Positions 19,254 to 30,904 of a stretch of DNA of 64,000 nucleotides are shown piece after piece. The notes under the pieces were generated by a model. That model was not told where the DNA came from and ran no database searches. It saw only the letters and a program-made list of their open reading frames with translations. The translations under genes were made by a program, and so were the position numbers. This DNA is from Candidatus Latescibacterota bacterium (GTDB taxonomy: Bacteria > Latescibacterota > UBA2968 > UBA8231), in the NCBI GenBank assembly GCA_965243025.1, contig CBDETY010000003.1, positions 1,856,001-1,920,000 on the forward strand. Reading direction: 5' to 3'. How positions within the stretch are numbered: position 1 is the stretch's first letter; every line of letters starts with the position of its first letter.

Positions 19254-19853
19254 TCAGGCCAGCTCCACGACCTTCCGATTGATGACCCTTCCCCGAGCCA
19301 GGTACTTCTCTTCGTAGTTGGTGGGAACCCCCTCCCACTCCGCGTCCACTCCCCGCAGCCGCGGGAACTCCCCCAGTACTTCGAGCATGACCCCGAAGTA
19401 CTCGTCGTGATCGGTAGCCATCCACAGCCGGCCTCCGGGGATCAGGGTGCGCTCGATCTCGGCGATGAATTCGCTGTTGACCAGGCGGCGTTTGTGGTGG
19501 CGTTTCTTCGGCCAGGGATCGGGAAAGTAGATGTGGCAGGCATTGATGGAGTCGGCGGGAAGGAAGAACTCGACGAACTCCCGTGCATCTGCACGCGCCA
19601 GCCTGACATTGCTCAGCTGGCGCTTCAGGCACCGCTGGTGGGCGATCCGCATGTACTTGCTCGCCCACTCGACGCCGAAGTAGTTCCTGTCTGCGTGGCG
19701 TTGGGCGGCATCGATCAGAAAACGCCCCTTACCGATTCCCAGCTCGATCTCGACCTCGTTTGCATTGCCGAAAAGCTGCTCGAAGTCGAAAACGGGATCG
19801 CCGTCGCTCCGCGCCTCCAGGTCGAGAATCAGGTTTTCGACTTGCCGGGTCAT
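19254..19853 (-). CDS. trmB: tRNA (guanine-N7)-methyltransferase
   Basis: ELGIGKG, FPDPWPKKRHHKRR, ATD, TNYEEK. Confidence 0.96.
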   Translation of the reverse strand: MTRQVENLILDLEARSDGDPVFDFEQLFGNANEVEIELGIGKGRFLIDAAQRHADRNYFGVEWASKYMRIAHQRCLKRQLSNVRLARADAREFVEFFLPADSINACHIYFPDPWPKKRHHKRRLVNSEFIAEIERTLIPGGRLWMATDHDEYFGVMLEVLGEFPRLRGVDAEWEGVPTNYEEKYLARGRVINRKVVELA

Positions 19854-19977
19854 CTACGCCACGTCGGACAGGGGGGGTGCTTCCCGTGGCCGTCTCAAAA
19901 CAGCAAGGGCGCTGCTCCGGGCCCCGAGCAGCGCCCGGATGGGAGTTCCCCTTTCCGGCTCTCGGCTGTTCAGCCGC

Positions 19978-21153
<1,176 letters not shown>

Positions 21154-21233
21154 TTCTCGACTCCTGGCAATGATTTCTTCGATGCGTGATGAACCGTGAT
21201 GGTCAGCCGTTGCCGGCGACTCTCGAATATTAT

Positions 21234-22529
21234 CTATGGCGTGTTCCCAACGCGTGCAACCCCACAGCTCCGTCCGGCGCCGGCCGCGGCGACCTGTCCG
21301 GCGGCCAGGGCCTCGGCACGCTCCCCGGCGACGGCGGCCAGGATCAAATCCCCTGCGGACTCGATCTCTTCCCCGGTCGTAAAGCGACCGAGGCCGAAGC
21401 GAACGGTCTCCGCAGCCGCGGTATCGTCGAGGCCGATCGCCGCAAGGACGTGAGAGGGCCCGGCGTTTCCCGATTTGCAGGCCGAACCGGAAGAAAGCGC
21501 GACCTTGTCGCGCAGGGCGTTCATCAACCTCCCGCTGTCGACATCGGCGAAGCGGAGGTTCAGGCATCCCGGGACCCGACGCCGCGGGTGACCGTTGGCG
21601 ATTGCGGTTCCCCCTGCCTCGAGTTTGCGCTGCAACGCATCGCGCAGAGCCCCGAGCCGCGCTGCCTCCGCAGTCATCTCGAGACGGGCGATCTCACAGC
21701 CCTTGCCGAGTCCGACTGCACCCGGGACGTTGATGGTTCCCGAACGCAACCCGCGTTCCTGGCCCCCGCCTTCGAGCTGGGCGGCGAGGCGCAGGCGGGG
21801 GCGCCGGTTCGAGCGCACATAGAGCGCCCCCACTCCTTTCGGAGCATACAGTTTGTGAGCCGAAATCGATAGAAGGTCGACGCCCAGAGCGTCGACATCG
21901 AGGGGAATCTTGCCCGCAGCCTGCGCCGCATCGCAGTGCCATGGAACCCCGGATTCCCGGGCAACCTCGCCGATGGCTGCAAGCGGCTGGATTGTTCCCA
22001 GCTCGTTGTTGGCGGCCATGACGGATATGAGCAGGGTGTCTTCTGAAACTGCGGCGCGCAGCTCCCCGGGATCGAGGGTTCCGTACCTGTCGACGGGCAG
22101 CACGACGATATCGAAGCCGCGCTTTTCCAGCGACCTGCAACAGTCCAGGACCGAAGGGTGTTCGGTCGCACAGGTGACGATCCTGCCCCGGGGGGGCCGA
22201 CCGGCTTCGGCGATCCCTTTAAGCGCGAGGTTGTTTGCCTCTGTTGCACCGCTGGTGAAGACGATTTCCCGGTCTTTGGAACCGATGAGCCCGGCGACCT
22301 GGGCGCGAGCCTCGGCTACGGCATCGGCAGCTTGCCATCCGAACCCGTGGGTCGCGCTCGAGGCGTTGCCGAAACGGGTTTCCAGGAACGGCAGGACTGC
22401 TGCCAGCACCCTCGGGTCGACAGGCGTCGTCGCCAGGTTGTCGAGGTATATCGGTGCGTGTGGTGCAGGAGGATGGGTGGCGGAACTAGATGCTGAAGGA
22501 TTCGCCACAGCCACAGGTAGTCCGGGCAT
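21234..22529 (-). CDS. iscS: Cysteine desulfurase (IscS/NifS group I)
   Basis: YLDNLATTP, FTSGATEANN, SAHK, RSGT, SSGSAC; start uncertain. Confidence 0.93.
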   Translation of the reverse strand: MPGLPVAVANPSASSSATHPPAPHAPIYLDNLATTPVDPRVLAAVLPFLETRFGNASSATHGFGWQAADAVAEARAQVAGLIGSKDREIVFTSGATEANNLALKGIAEAGRPPRGRIVTCATEHPSVLDCCRSLEKRGFDIVVLPVDRYGTLDPGELRAAVSEDTLLISVMAANNELGTIQPLAAIGEVARESGVPWHCDAAQAAGKIPLDVDALGVDLLSISAHKLYAPKGVGALYVRSNRRPRLRLAAQLEGGGQERGLRSGTINVPGAVGLGKGCEIARLEMTAEAARLGALRDALQRKLEAGGTAIANGHPRRRVPGCLNLRFADVDSGRLMNALRDKVALSSGSACKSGNAGPSHVLAAIGLDDTAAAETVRFGLGRFTTGEEIESAGDLILAAVAGERAEALAAGQVAAAGAGRSCGVARVGNTP

Positions 22530-22809
22530 TGGGATTCTCGATCTGAAACCCGGAACCCATCAACCCGTCGTCGAAGTTCAATACCACGCCGTTCAGGTAG
22601 AGGCTGCTCTTGGGATCGACGAAGACGCGGACACCGTTCGATTCGACCACCTGGTCCATCTCTCCGGGAGCGTCCTCGAATTCGAGATGATACTGGAATC
22701 CCGAGCAACCGCCCCCCCGTACGGCCACCCTCAGACCATGCGTCGGGTTTCCATCCTTCTCGAGGAGGGTTCGGATCTTGTTGGCGGCGAAGTCGGTGAC
22801 GGTAATCAT
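22486..22809 (-). CDS. iscA: A-type Fe-S carrier (IscA/HesB family)
   Basis: GGGCSGFQY, NPNARTTCGCGESF; GAGG RBS. Confidence 0.95.
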   Translation of the reverse strand: MITVTDFAANKIRTLLEKDGNPTHGLRVAVRGGGCSGFQYHLEFEDAPGEMDQVVESNGVRVFVDPKSSLYLNGVVLNFDDGLMGSGFQIENPNARTTCGCGESFSI

Positions 22810-22841
22810 CGCTAGCAGGTTCCTCAATTCAGGCCGGGCGG

Positions 22842-23309
22842 TCAGCTTCGATAGATCGCGCAATCGACCAGGTCGGGGACGTCTTCGATGCGCTGGTACA
22901 CTTCGCAGTTCTGACAATCCCGCTCGAACACCTTGATCGAACAACGCAGGCATCCCTTCAGCGCTTCGATTCCGCGCGCGGTTCGCTGCCGCATTTCGGT
23001 GTAGTGGGCGAGCTTGAATTCGATCTCGCGTTGCTGGGCGTCGAGAAGCCGGATCATTTCCGAGGCAAGCTCGCCCCCGGTCCCGGCCTGTCGTCGAAGA
23101 CTGAACATCTTGCCGATGCGATCGAGCTCGAATCCGAGCGCTTTCAGACTCTGAATGATCTCGAGACGGCGCAACTGTTCGGAGGAGTAGAGCCGGAAAC
23201 CCCCACCGGTCCGTTCCTGGGGCTCTATCATTCCGAGCTCTTCGTAATAGCGTACCGTGCGGGTCGATACGCCCGCGCGCTCTGCCAGAGCGCCGATCCG
23301 CATCATCAT
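22842..23309 (-). CDS. MerR family transcriptional regulator with C-terminal CxxC-x8-CxxC
   Basis: IGALAERAGVSTRTVRYYEELG, GGFRLY; tail CLRCSIKVFERDCQNC...DC. Confidence 0.92.
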   Translation of the reverse strand: MMMRIGALAERAGVSTRTVRYYEELGMIEPQERTGGGFRLYSSEQLRRLEIIQSLKALGFELDRIGKMFSLRRQAGTGGELASEMIRLLDAQQREIEFKLAHYTEMRQRTARGIEALKGCLRCSIKVFERDCQNCEVYQRIEDVPDLVDCAIYRS

Positions 23310-23369
23310 GCGGGAAAAACCTTGTCCGGGCCAAACATACCCAGGCTGACGTTTACTTGGACTTTTTGG

Positions 23370-23398
23370 AATGTATCCTCCCCTTTTCCGAGTGTCAA
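23370..23398 (-). promoter_or_regulatory. Sigma70 promoter for merR-iscA-iscS-moeB
   Basis: TTGACA-N17-TACATT on the minus strand. Confidence 0.65.
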
Positions 23399-23565
23399 CG
23401 AGATGGGCCTGACGGTGTTCTTCCGTCTGCACCGTTTGTCCCTTAAGACGGAAAGGGAACTTCCACCGCTGTTTCCGGTCCGTCGATGAAGTCGAAAGCC
23501 GGAAAATTCCGGGTCCGGGCAGTCTCGGAACAAGTGACCGCCCAAGGTGGCAGCAGGAGCCGGCC

Positions 23566-24519
23566 TTACGAAGTCGCCTGGGTGTCGTCCCGGATGAAAC
23601 CCTCGACGCTGAAGTAGCGAAACCCCGTATCGCAGAAGACGGTAACCAGCCGTTTCCCCGGGCCAAGGTCCGCGGCGACCTCGAGGGCGGCGGCCACGTT
23701 TGCGCCCGAGGACGGCCCCACCAGCAATCCCTCCTCCTTGGCCAACCGCCTGGTGCAGGCGAAGGCGGTCTCATCCGTCACCCGGACCACCTCGTCAACG
23801 ACGTCCCGCCGCAGGATCGGCGGCACGAAGCCGGCGCCGATTCCCTGAATGCCGTGCAGGCCAGGCTCACCTCCCGACAGCACCGGCGAGCGCTCCGGCT
23901 CCACGGCGATGACGCGAACTCCCCGAACCTCGCGCTTCAGCACCTCCCCCACCCCGGTGATGGTTCCTCCCGTGCCGACTCCGGCGACGAAGACGTCGAG
24001 CTGGCCCCCGGTCGCATCGAGGATTTCCCGCGCCGTGGTATCGCGATGGATTTGGGGGTTCGCGGCGTTGCGGAACTGCTGCGGCATGAAGGTTCCATCG
24101 GGGTTTGCGGCGACGATTTCCTCCGCCTTGCGAATGGCCCCCGCCATATCTTCGGCACCCGGGGTAAGGAGGATGCGAGCTCCGTACGCAGCCATTACCG
24201 AAACGCGTTCCCAGCTCATGCTGTCCGGCATGGTCAGGATCAGCTCGTATCCCAGGGCCGAGGCGGCCATGGCCAGCGCGATCCCGGTGTTGCCGCTCGT
24301 CGGCTCGACGATAGCCATTCCCTCCTTCAGCACTCCGGCTTCCTCGGCAGCCCGGATCATGCTGAGGCCGATGCGATCCTTGACGCTGCCGCCCGGGTTG
24401 AGCGCTTCCAGCTTACCGATGATATCCGATCCGTTCTCCGGCACGACCCTGGCGAGCCGGATCATCGGCGTGGCCCCGATGGTGTCGAGAATCGACCGGG
24501 GGTTGGGCAGGGCGGTCAA
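23566..24519 (-). CDS. cysK: Cysteine synthase A (O-acetylserine sulfhydrylase)
   Basis: NPGGSVKDR, EPTSGNTG, GVGTGGT, IQGIGAG. Confidence 0.95.
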   Translation of the reverse strand: MTALPNPRSILDTIGATPMIRLARVVPENGSDIIGKLEALNPGGSVKDRIGLSMIRAAEEAGVLKEGMAIVEPTSGNTGIALAMAASALGYELILTMPDSMSWERVSVMAAYGARILLTPGAEDMAGAIRKAEEIVAANPDGTFMPQQFRNAANPQIHRDTTAREILDATGGQLDVFVAGVGTGGTITGVGEVLKREVRGVRVIAVEPERSPVLSGGEPGLHGIQGIGAGFVPPILRRDVVDEVVRVTDETAFACTRRLAKEEGLLVGPSSGANVAAALEVAADLGPGKRLVTVFCDTGFRYFSVEGFIRDDTQATS

Positions 24520-24541
24520 CAGGAACTACCGGAAAAAGGAA

Positions 24542-26692
24542 TCACCTTGAGAGGAACTCCGTGCCTTCCCCGCTTTCCTCAGGCGGAGCCTGCTCTCCCC
24601 GAACCGCTTCCCCAAGCCGCGATGCGAGAGCCCGGGGGGTATCGATCGGCGGCGAACAGACCATCTTCTCGCAGACGTACGCCGCCGGCAAACTGTTGCT
24701 GCACTTTCCGGCGAGCAGGGGCACCAGGCCCTCCACTTCCCCGGAAGGCGCATCCCTCCCCGTGCGGGAGGGCCAACCGCACACCACCTTGTTCGGAAGG
24801 AAATGCTCGTGAACCGCAGCGGAGCGCAGGCGGCACCCCATGCCCTCGCCGACAACGGCGATTTCCAGCGGCTTCTGCATGGAGAAATCAAAGGCGCATC
24901 CCATCTGCGCGAACGAAGTGGGGGAACGCTCCAGGAGTCCGGCGAATGAAGCTACCGTGCCAACCCCTTTCTCCCACAGCGATTCACTGCCGGTCAGCGC
25001 CCCGAGGCGCATCATCGCCAGGGCTGCCATCGAATTGCCGGAAGGCGTTGCGTTGTCGAACGGATTCCTGCTGCGGACGATCAGGTCGGTGTCTCCTGCT
25101 TCGGTGAAGAAGAAAGACGACCCCTCCGGGTCCCAGAACCGCTCTACCATCTCCTCCGCCAGCTCGACTGCTTCCCGCAGCCAGCCAGAAACGTAGGACG
25201 CCTCGTAAAGATCGATGAGGCCGTTTATGAAACAGGCGTAGTCGTCCTGGAATCCGCCCCCGCTCGACTTCCCGTCCTTGAAGGAATGCATCAATCTGCC
25301 GTTGTCGGACCGCAGCTCGGACAGAATCAGGGCCGCGGCGGCTTCCCCCGAGTCGAGATGGCGCCGGTGACCCAGAACGGAATACGCCCGCGCCATGGCT
25401 GAAATCATCAGGCCGTTCCAGGAGACGACGACCTTGTCGTCGCGAGCGGGGCGAACGCGCTTCTCCCGCACCCCGAGCAGGCGTTCCCGGCCGAGCGCGA
25501 CTGCCCGCTGCAATTCGTCGGCTTCCACCCCGAGGAATTCAGCCAGGTCGGCCATCTCCGAGCTGACGTGGAGGATGTTCTTCCCCTCGAAGTTGCCCTC
25601 GGGGGTGACGTCGTAGTAGCGGCAGAAAAGCCGCGCCGGTTCCGCGGACAGCTGGCGCTCGACTTCGTCCTTCGTCCACAGGAAGAACAGGCCTTCCTCC
25701 CCCTCGCTGTCGGCGTCCTGGGCGGCGGAGTAGCCTCCTCCCGGCTGGGCCATCTCGCGCAGAACGTAATCCAGGGTCTCCTCCACAACTCTGCGGTAGA
25801 GACCTTTGCGGGTGACCTGGTAGGCTTCGAGATACGTCATCGCCAACAGGGCGTTGTCGTAAAGCATCTTTTCGAAGTGCGGCACCAGCCAGCGTTCGTC
25901 GACGGAATAGCGGTGGAAACCGCCGCCGAGCTGATCGTAGATCCCACCGTGCGCCATTCTGTCCAGGGTGCGTTCCACCATGTGCAGGGCGTGCTCATTC
26001 CCGCTGCGCCGGTAAATCCGCAACAGCTGCGAGAGGCCCATGCTGTGGGGGAATTTGGGGGCGCTGCCGAACCCTCCGAACTCCGCGTCGAAGGTCTGGC
26101 GGTACTGCTCGAAAGCGGCGGTTTGGGCGGAATCGGAAGCGGCGGACCGGGCATTTTCCCCACCCGGACCGGCAAGGTCGCTCTGCCGTTGAAGGACGGC
26201 CAGCAGACGGTCTGCCTGGTGCTCGATCCGGTCCCTGTGATTGCGGTAATGGTCCGCCACGGCGGTCAGCACCCTGGGGAATCCGGGTCGGCCGCGACTG
26301 TCTTCAGGAGGGTAGTAGGTGCCCCCGTAGAATGGCCGCAAGTCAGGAGTGAGGAAGACTGTCATCGGCCAGCCGCCGCTTCCCGTCATTGCCTGAACCG
26401 CGGCCATGTAGATCTCGTCGAGGTCAGGTCTTTCCTCCCGGTCGACCTTGATGTTGATGAACAGGTCGTTCATCAGGGCGGCAATGCGGTCGTCCTCGAA
26501 TGACTCGCGTTCCATCACGTGACACCAGTGGCATGCCGAATAGCCGATTGAAAGCAGGATGGGGCGGTCCAGGGAACGGGAAGACTCCAAAGCCTCTTCT
26601 CCCCAGGGATACCAGTCTACCGGGTTGCCGGCATGCTGGCGCAGGTAAGGACTGGTCTCCAGGGCCAGGCGATTCCTCCGGTCCTCGGGCAT
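24542..26692 (-). CDS. Thioredoxin-domain protein YyaL/SSP411 family
   Basis: [41 protein letters not shown]. Confidence 0.95.
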   Translation of the reverse strand: MPEDRRNRLALETSPYLRQHAGNPVDWYPWGEEALESSRSLDRPILLSIGYSACHWCHVMERESFEDDRIAALMNDLFINIKVDREERPDLDEIYMAAVQAMTGSGGWPMTVFLTPDLRPFYGGTYYPPEDSRGRPGFPRVLTAVADHYRNHRDRIEHQADRLLAVLQRQSDLAGPGGENARSAASDSAQTAAFEQYRQTFDAEFGGFGSAPKFPHSMGLSQLLRIYRRSGNEHALHMVERTLDRMAHGGIYDQLGGGFHRYSVDERWLVPHFEKMLYDNALLAMTYLEAYQVTRKGLYRRVVEETLDYVLREMAQPGGGYSAAQDADSEGEEGLFFLWTKDEVERQLSAEPARLFCRYYDVTPEGNFEGKNILHVSSEMADLAEFLGVEADELQRAVALGRERLLGVREKRVRPARDDKVVVSWNGLMISAMARAYSVLGHRRHLDSGEAAAALILSELRSDNGRLMHSFKDGKSSGGGFQDDYACFINGLIDLYEASYVSGWLREAVELAEEMVERFWDPEGSSFFFTEAGDTDLIVRSRNPFDNATPSGNSMAALAMMRLGALTGSESLWEKGVGTVASFAGLLERSPTSFAQMGCAFDFSMQKPLEIAVVGEGMGCRLRSAAVHEHFLPNKVVCGWPSRTGRDAPSGEVEGLVPLLAGKCSNSLPAAYVCEKMVCSPPIDTPRALASRLGEAVRGEQAPPEESGEGTEFLSR

Positions 26693-26974
26693 TGTCGTTT
26701 CAGGGGGAATGGAAGGTGTAACCCGCCGGTTGCAGCGGGATTTCTGGAATGTAACCAGGCCGAACCGGGCCGACAATTTACCCGGGTGTTACGCATGATA
26801 CCCGGCAGCGTCGCCTGCCGTTCACAGACCAGATGCCCGGCACCATCCCGGCCGGTTGTCGCTACTTGTTGACCATCAAGGGGTTACAGCTTGTCCGCGG
26901 ACCCTGGCATGGAACGTGCGGCAGGGGGTGCGTCGATTCGTCCCCCAACCCCCAATACCCAAGGGAGGTCAGAC

Positions 26975-27400
26975 ATGTCCGAACTGAGGATGCCGGCGGT
27001 AAACCAGGTCTCGATCGCAGGAAGGCTGGTTCAGGATCCGGAGTACCGGATCACCGACAACGGCAGCGCCCGGCTCAGTGCCCGTATTGCCGTCAACCGA
27101 TCCTATCGCGACCGCGACGGTGAATGGCAGGACGAGGCGTCCTTCTTCAACATCGTCGCCTGGCAGAAGCTGGCCGAATTCGGCGCCGAGCGCCTGCGCA
27201 AGGGGACTCCCGTTTTCCTTACCGGGAGACTTCGCAGCCACTCGTGGCGAGACGAAGAAGAGAACCCGCACTCTATCGTCGAGATCCAGGTGAGAAACCT
27301 CCAGATCCTGGAACGCAGTGCGAACGCCGAGTCCGCGTCGAGCGTGGAGGTCGACCAGGAAGGAGAGGAAGAGCTTGAGCTCGGAGCTGTTGCCGCCTGA
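26975..27400 (+). CDS. ssb: Single-stranded DNA-binding protein (atypical C-terminus)
   Basis: NQVSIAGRL..DPE, W..LAE, KG..V...GRL OB-fold pattern; GGAGG RBS. Confidence 0.92.
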   Translation: MSELRMPAVNQVSIAGRLVQDPEYRITDNGSARLSARIAVNRSYRDRDGEWQDEASFFNIVAWQKLAEFGAERLRKGTPVFLTGRLRSHSWRDEEENPHSIVEIQVRNLQILERSANAESASSVEVDQEGEEELELGAVAA

Positions 27401-27540
27401 ACCGGGGTCGCGAGCCCGGCCGGCAAACCACGGAGGAGCGTTGCTCCTTTCCTCGTTGAGCCTTGCCCCGATGGTCCGGGTTTGAAGGAGGCGGGGAATG
27501 GCCCCCTGCATACGGTGACGGAGGGAATCCCGGCTTTGGG

Positions 27541-27585
27541 CTTCCAAGCCCCTGAACGCGGAGGGAAGAGGAGGGGGCTTGGAAG
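27541..27585. terminator. 12-bp inverted repeat between convergent ssb and thiolase
   Basis: CTTCCAAGCCCC-N21-GGGGCTTGGAAG. Confidence 0.45.
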
Positions 27586-27606
27586 AGCTCCCTCCTCGAC
27601 GACGCC

Positions 27607-28791
27607 TTACGCCGGGATCTCGAACAGCGTGGCTATCCCCATTCCGCCCCCGATACACAGGGCCGCGATTCCACGCCGTGCCCGGCGCCGCACCATCTCG
27701 TGGATCAGGGTGACGGCAATCCGGGCTCCGCTTGCCCCTACGGCGTGCCCCAGGGCGATTGCTCCGCCGTTGACGTTTACCCTGTCCTCGTCCCAGTCCA
27801 GTTCCTTGCCTACGGCCAGGGATTGGGCGGCGAACGCTTCATTCACCTCGAGAAGGTCGATTTGGCGCAGGGTCAAACCGGTTTTCGCCAACAGCTTGCG
27901 AATCGCCGGGGCAGGGCCGATCCCCATGATTCGCGGGTCGACTCCGGCGGTGGCCGTGGCGCTGACGAAGGCGAGGGGATCTTCCCCCTGGCGCCTGGCG
28001 CGCTCATCCGACATCAACAGCAGGGCCGCCGCCCCATCGTTGATTCCAGAGGAGTTTCCTGCGGTTACGGTGCCGTCATCCTTGAAGGCAGGACGGAGTT
28101 GCCCCAGGCGTTCCAGGCTCGTGTCCTTGCGCGGGTGTTCGTCGACGTCGAACACCGTAGGGTCCCCCTTGCGCTGCGGGACCATGACCGGAACGATCTC
28201 CTCGGCGAACAGCCCCGCCGCGTGAGCCCGGTGGTAGTTCTCCTGGCTCCGTATCGCAAAGCCGTCCTGGTCTTGGCGGGATATCCGATACTGATCGGCG
28301 AGGTTCTCCGCCGTAATCCCCATATGGCAGTCGTAAAAGCAATCCCAGAGACCATCCATGATCATCAGGTCGGTCACTTCTCCATGACCGAGGCGCTGTC
28401 CCCAGCGGCCCCCCTGAAGGCCATAGGGCACCCGGCTCATGTTTTCCGCCCCACCCGCGGCCACCACTTCCGCCTCTCCAGTGACGATCGCCTGGGCGGC
28501 CAGCGCAATCGATTTCAATCCCGAGCCGCACAGCTTGTTGACGGTCATCGCCGGCACCCCGTACGGCACCCCCGCACCGACGGCGGCCTGACGGGCGACG
28601 TTCGGTCCCAGTCCACCTTGGTAGATGGTGCCCAGGATGACCTCGTCCAGGTCGGCCGGGTCGGTCTTTCCGCGCGCCAACACGGCCTCGATGACCGTAG
28701 ACCCGAGAGATTGCGCATCGACTTCGCGCAATGCACCTCCGAAGGTCCCGGTGGCGGTGCGTGCGGCGCTGACAACTACAGGGCGTTCCAT
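27607..28791 (-). CDS. Acetyl-CoA C-acetyltransferase (thiolase)
   Basis: NKLCGSGL, NEAFAAQ, GGAIALGH, CIGGGMG. Confidence 0.96.
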   Translation of the reverse strand: MERPVVVSAARTATGTFGGALREVDAQSLGSTVIEAVLARGKTDPADLDEVILGTIYQGGLGPNVARQAAVGAGVPYGVPAMTVNKLCGSGLKSIALAAQAIVTGEAEVVAAGGAENMSRVPYGLQGGRWGQRLGHGEVTDLMIMDGLWDCFYDCHMGITAENLADQYRISRQDQDGFAIRSQENYHRAHAAGLFAEEIVPVMVPQRKGDPTVFDVDEHPRKDTSLERLGQLRPAFKDDGTVTAGNSSGINDGAAALLLMSDERARRQGEDPLAFVSATATAGVDPRIMGIGPAPAIRKLLAKTGLTLRQIDLLEVNEAFAAQSLAVGKELDWDEDRVNVNGGAIALGHAVGASGARIAVTLIHEMVRRRARRGIAALCIGGGMGIATLFEIPA

Positions 28792-29130
28792 GGTCTGTCT
28801 CTTCCTCTCTCCCAGGATTCGGCGGAGCGATCGCGTTGACCAAGGGAAAATCCGATTCTATCTTTTTTAAAATCAACAATATATGGACTGTTTTCCACCG
28901 AGTGTGAGACCCCTTGGGGAAACGGGTTCCCCTGGAGTGCCACAGGCGTGCGCATCAGTTCGTGGCGACAGCGCAACCGTGGATACCAAATGCCCCCGGA
29001 GCGTTTTCCGGCAAGGGGAAGCCGTTCCAGAAACAGCCGCAGAATTTCAGTTGCAAGGGTGGGCAACAACCTTGGACCTCGCGCCTGATCCACCGGTCCT
29101 GACGTTCGATTTCCCACTTTCACTTCAACA

Positions 29131-29206
29131 GGGGCAGTAGCTCAGTTGGGAGAGCGCGGGCTTTGCAAGCCTGAGGTCGTCGGTTCGATCCCGATCTGCT
29201 CCACCA
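29131..29206 (+). tRNA. tRNA-Ala (TGC)
   Basis: Acceptor GGGGCAG/CTGCTCC, D-loop AGTTGGGA, anticodon arm CGGGC-TTTGCAA-GCCTG, TTCGA T-loop, encoded CCA. Confidence 0.97.
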
Positions 29207-29246
29207 CCCTTCCTCACGGACACCGGCCTCAACGGCAGGCTCACCT

Positions 29247-30119
29247 CTACCTGATGTAGAGCGCCCCCATGCTCACCGCGAGCCAGAGCAAGATCGCTGC
29301 CTGAAGCGGGCGGTCCCGCCAGACTACTTCCTCCGGCTCCGCCCCTTCCTCCCGCCGGTAAACAAGGAACAGGTATCTCAGGACTCCGTAGAGCACGAAC
29401 GGAATCGTCCACTGCATGTTGGGGTCCGCCTGCCCTCGATCTTCGCCGACTCCCATCGCGTAAAGTGCGTAACAAATCAAAGTCCCGGACGTAAGGATGG
29501 AGATCACCTGATCGAGAAAGGGAAGGGTATATTCCCCCAGAGTGGCGCGGTGTGCCTCGGCTGCCCCCCCAAGGATCACCAACTCCTGCCGGCGCTTGAT
29601 AACGGAAACAAACAAGGTGACCGAGAAGGCGCAGAGTACGAACCAGGTGGAAATGTACACGTCGATTACCACCGCCCCTCCCAGGGCTCTCAGGAGATAA
29701 CCCGAGGCGACACACAACACGTCGACCAGTACTACATGCTTGAGGCGGACGGAATAGGCGAAGTTCAGGACCGTGTAGACCACCGTGACCCATCCGAAAT
29801 GGCTGTCGAGCAGGAAGGCGCAGCCCCCACCCCCAGCGATCAGAAGCAGGCTGGCGACGATTGCGGCCGGCACGGACAGCGCTCCCGATGCCAGGGGTCT
29901 TTTTGATTTTTGCGGGTGCTTACGATCCTGCTCCAAGTCGAGCAGGTCGTTGACCAGATAGATCCCGGCGCTCAAGGACCAGAAACAGAGAAAGGCGCCG
30001 AATGTGCGGCTGGCGAACGACAGTTCCAGCAGATTTTCGGAGAAAACCAGGGGGGGAAAGACGAACAGGTTCTTCAGCCACTGGCGAGGACGGGTGGACG
30101 ACCACAGTTCAACGAACAT
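29247..30119 (-). CDS. UbiA family prenyltransferase (decaprenyl-phosphate phosphoribosyltransferase-like)
   Basis: RPRQWLKN, NDLLDLEQDRKHPQKSKRPLASG, KRRQE. Confidence 0.9.
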   Translation of the reverse strand: MFVELWSSTRPRQWLKNLFVFPPLVFSENLLELSFASRTFGAFLCFWSLSAGIYLVNDLLDLEQDRKHPQKSKRPLASGALSVPAAIVASLLLIAGGGGCAFLLDSHFGWVTVVYTVLNFAYSVRLKHVVLVDVLCVASGYLLRALGGAVVIDVYISTWFVLCAFSVTLFVSVIKRRQELVILGGAAEAHRATLGEYTLPFLDQVISILTSGTLICYALYAMGVGEDRGQADPNMQWTIPFVLYGVLRYLFLVYRREEGAEPEEVVWRDRPLQAAILLWLAVSMGALYIR

Positions 30120-30307
30120 ACGCGGTGGGGGCCGGCGTTCTGTCAGGAATGGACGGTGATGCGGAAAGTGCCCTGAAACCGCAATGGTATCGCGCTTTCA
30201 AGGCGGTTTCCTTAAAGGCGACTGAGTTCCGGGCTGGAAGTGTATGTACTCTGCGGGATTCCGGCACCGGCCAAACCACTCACCTGCAGGGCGGCCCGTA
30301 TCGGGCA

Positions 30308-30868
30308 CTACACTTCCAGAATCTCTTTCGCCTTCGACTCGATAATCTCGTCGACCTGCTTGACGAAGCCGTCGGTCAGCTTCTGGATGTGGTCGTGGGC
30401 GGAGCGGGCTTCGTCTTCGCTGATGTCCCCGTCCTTCTTGGCCTCATCGACGAAGTCGAGACCATCCCGGCGACCGTGCCTTACCGCTACCCGCCCTTCC
30501 TCGGCCCGGCTGCGGGCGATCCTGGTCAATTCGATGCGGCGCTCACCGGTCAGTTCCGGGATCGGGAGGCGAATGAGGGTACCGTCGTTGGACGGATTCA
30601 ACCCCAGGTTCTTGTCGGCGAGAATGGCCTTTTCTATGTCCGGTATCAGATTCTGTTCGTACGGACGAACCGCGATCAGCCTGGGTTCCGGAATGCTTAT
30701 TGCCGCGAGCTGGTTCAGGGGAGTGGGTGTGCCGTAGTAGTCGATGCGAATTCCGTCGAGCAGGGAGGCCGAGGCCCTGCCGGTGCGAATTCCTGCGAGA
30801 TCGCGCTTCAGGGCATCTATGGAGTTGCTCATCTGCCGCCGAACTTCCTCGTAGATCTCCTCCAACAT
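30308..30868 (-). CDS. frr: Ribosome recycling factor
   Basis: IRTGRAS, YYGTPTPLNQLA, LTGERR. Confidence 0.97.
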   Translation of the reverse strand: MLEEIYEEVRRQMSNSIDALKRDLAGIRTGRASASLLDGIRIDYYGTPTPLNQLAAISIPEPRLIAVRPYEQNLIPDIEKAILADKNLGLNPSNDGTLIRLPIPELTGERRIELTRIARSRAEEGRVAVRHGRRDGLDFVDEAKKDGDISEDEARSAHDHIQKLTDGFVKQVDEIIESKAKEILEV

Positions 30869-30904
30869 GATCTCGTCTCCAGCGAGGAATTCCCCAATGA
30901 TCGC

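Noticed and set aside
22810-23774. Long N-terminal extensions in the ORF track for iscA and merR (also aroQ, prmA, moeB, ftsZ)
   Set aside because: They overlap real upstream genes in other frames; downstream starts, mostly with an RBS or a stop-start overlap, fit family lengths better.
29131-29246. tRNA-Ala as an integration site for an island
   Set aside because: No integrase and no duplicated tRNA 3' end noticed; the flanks are housekeeping genes.
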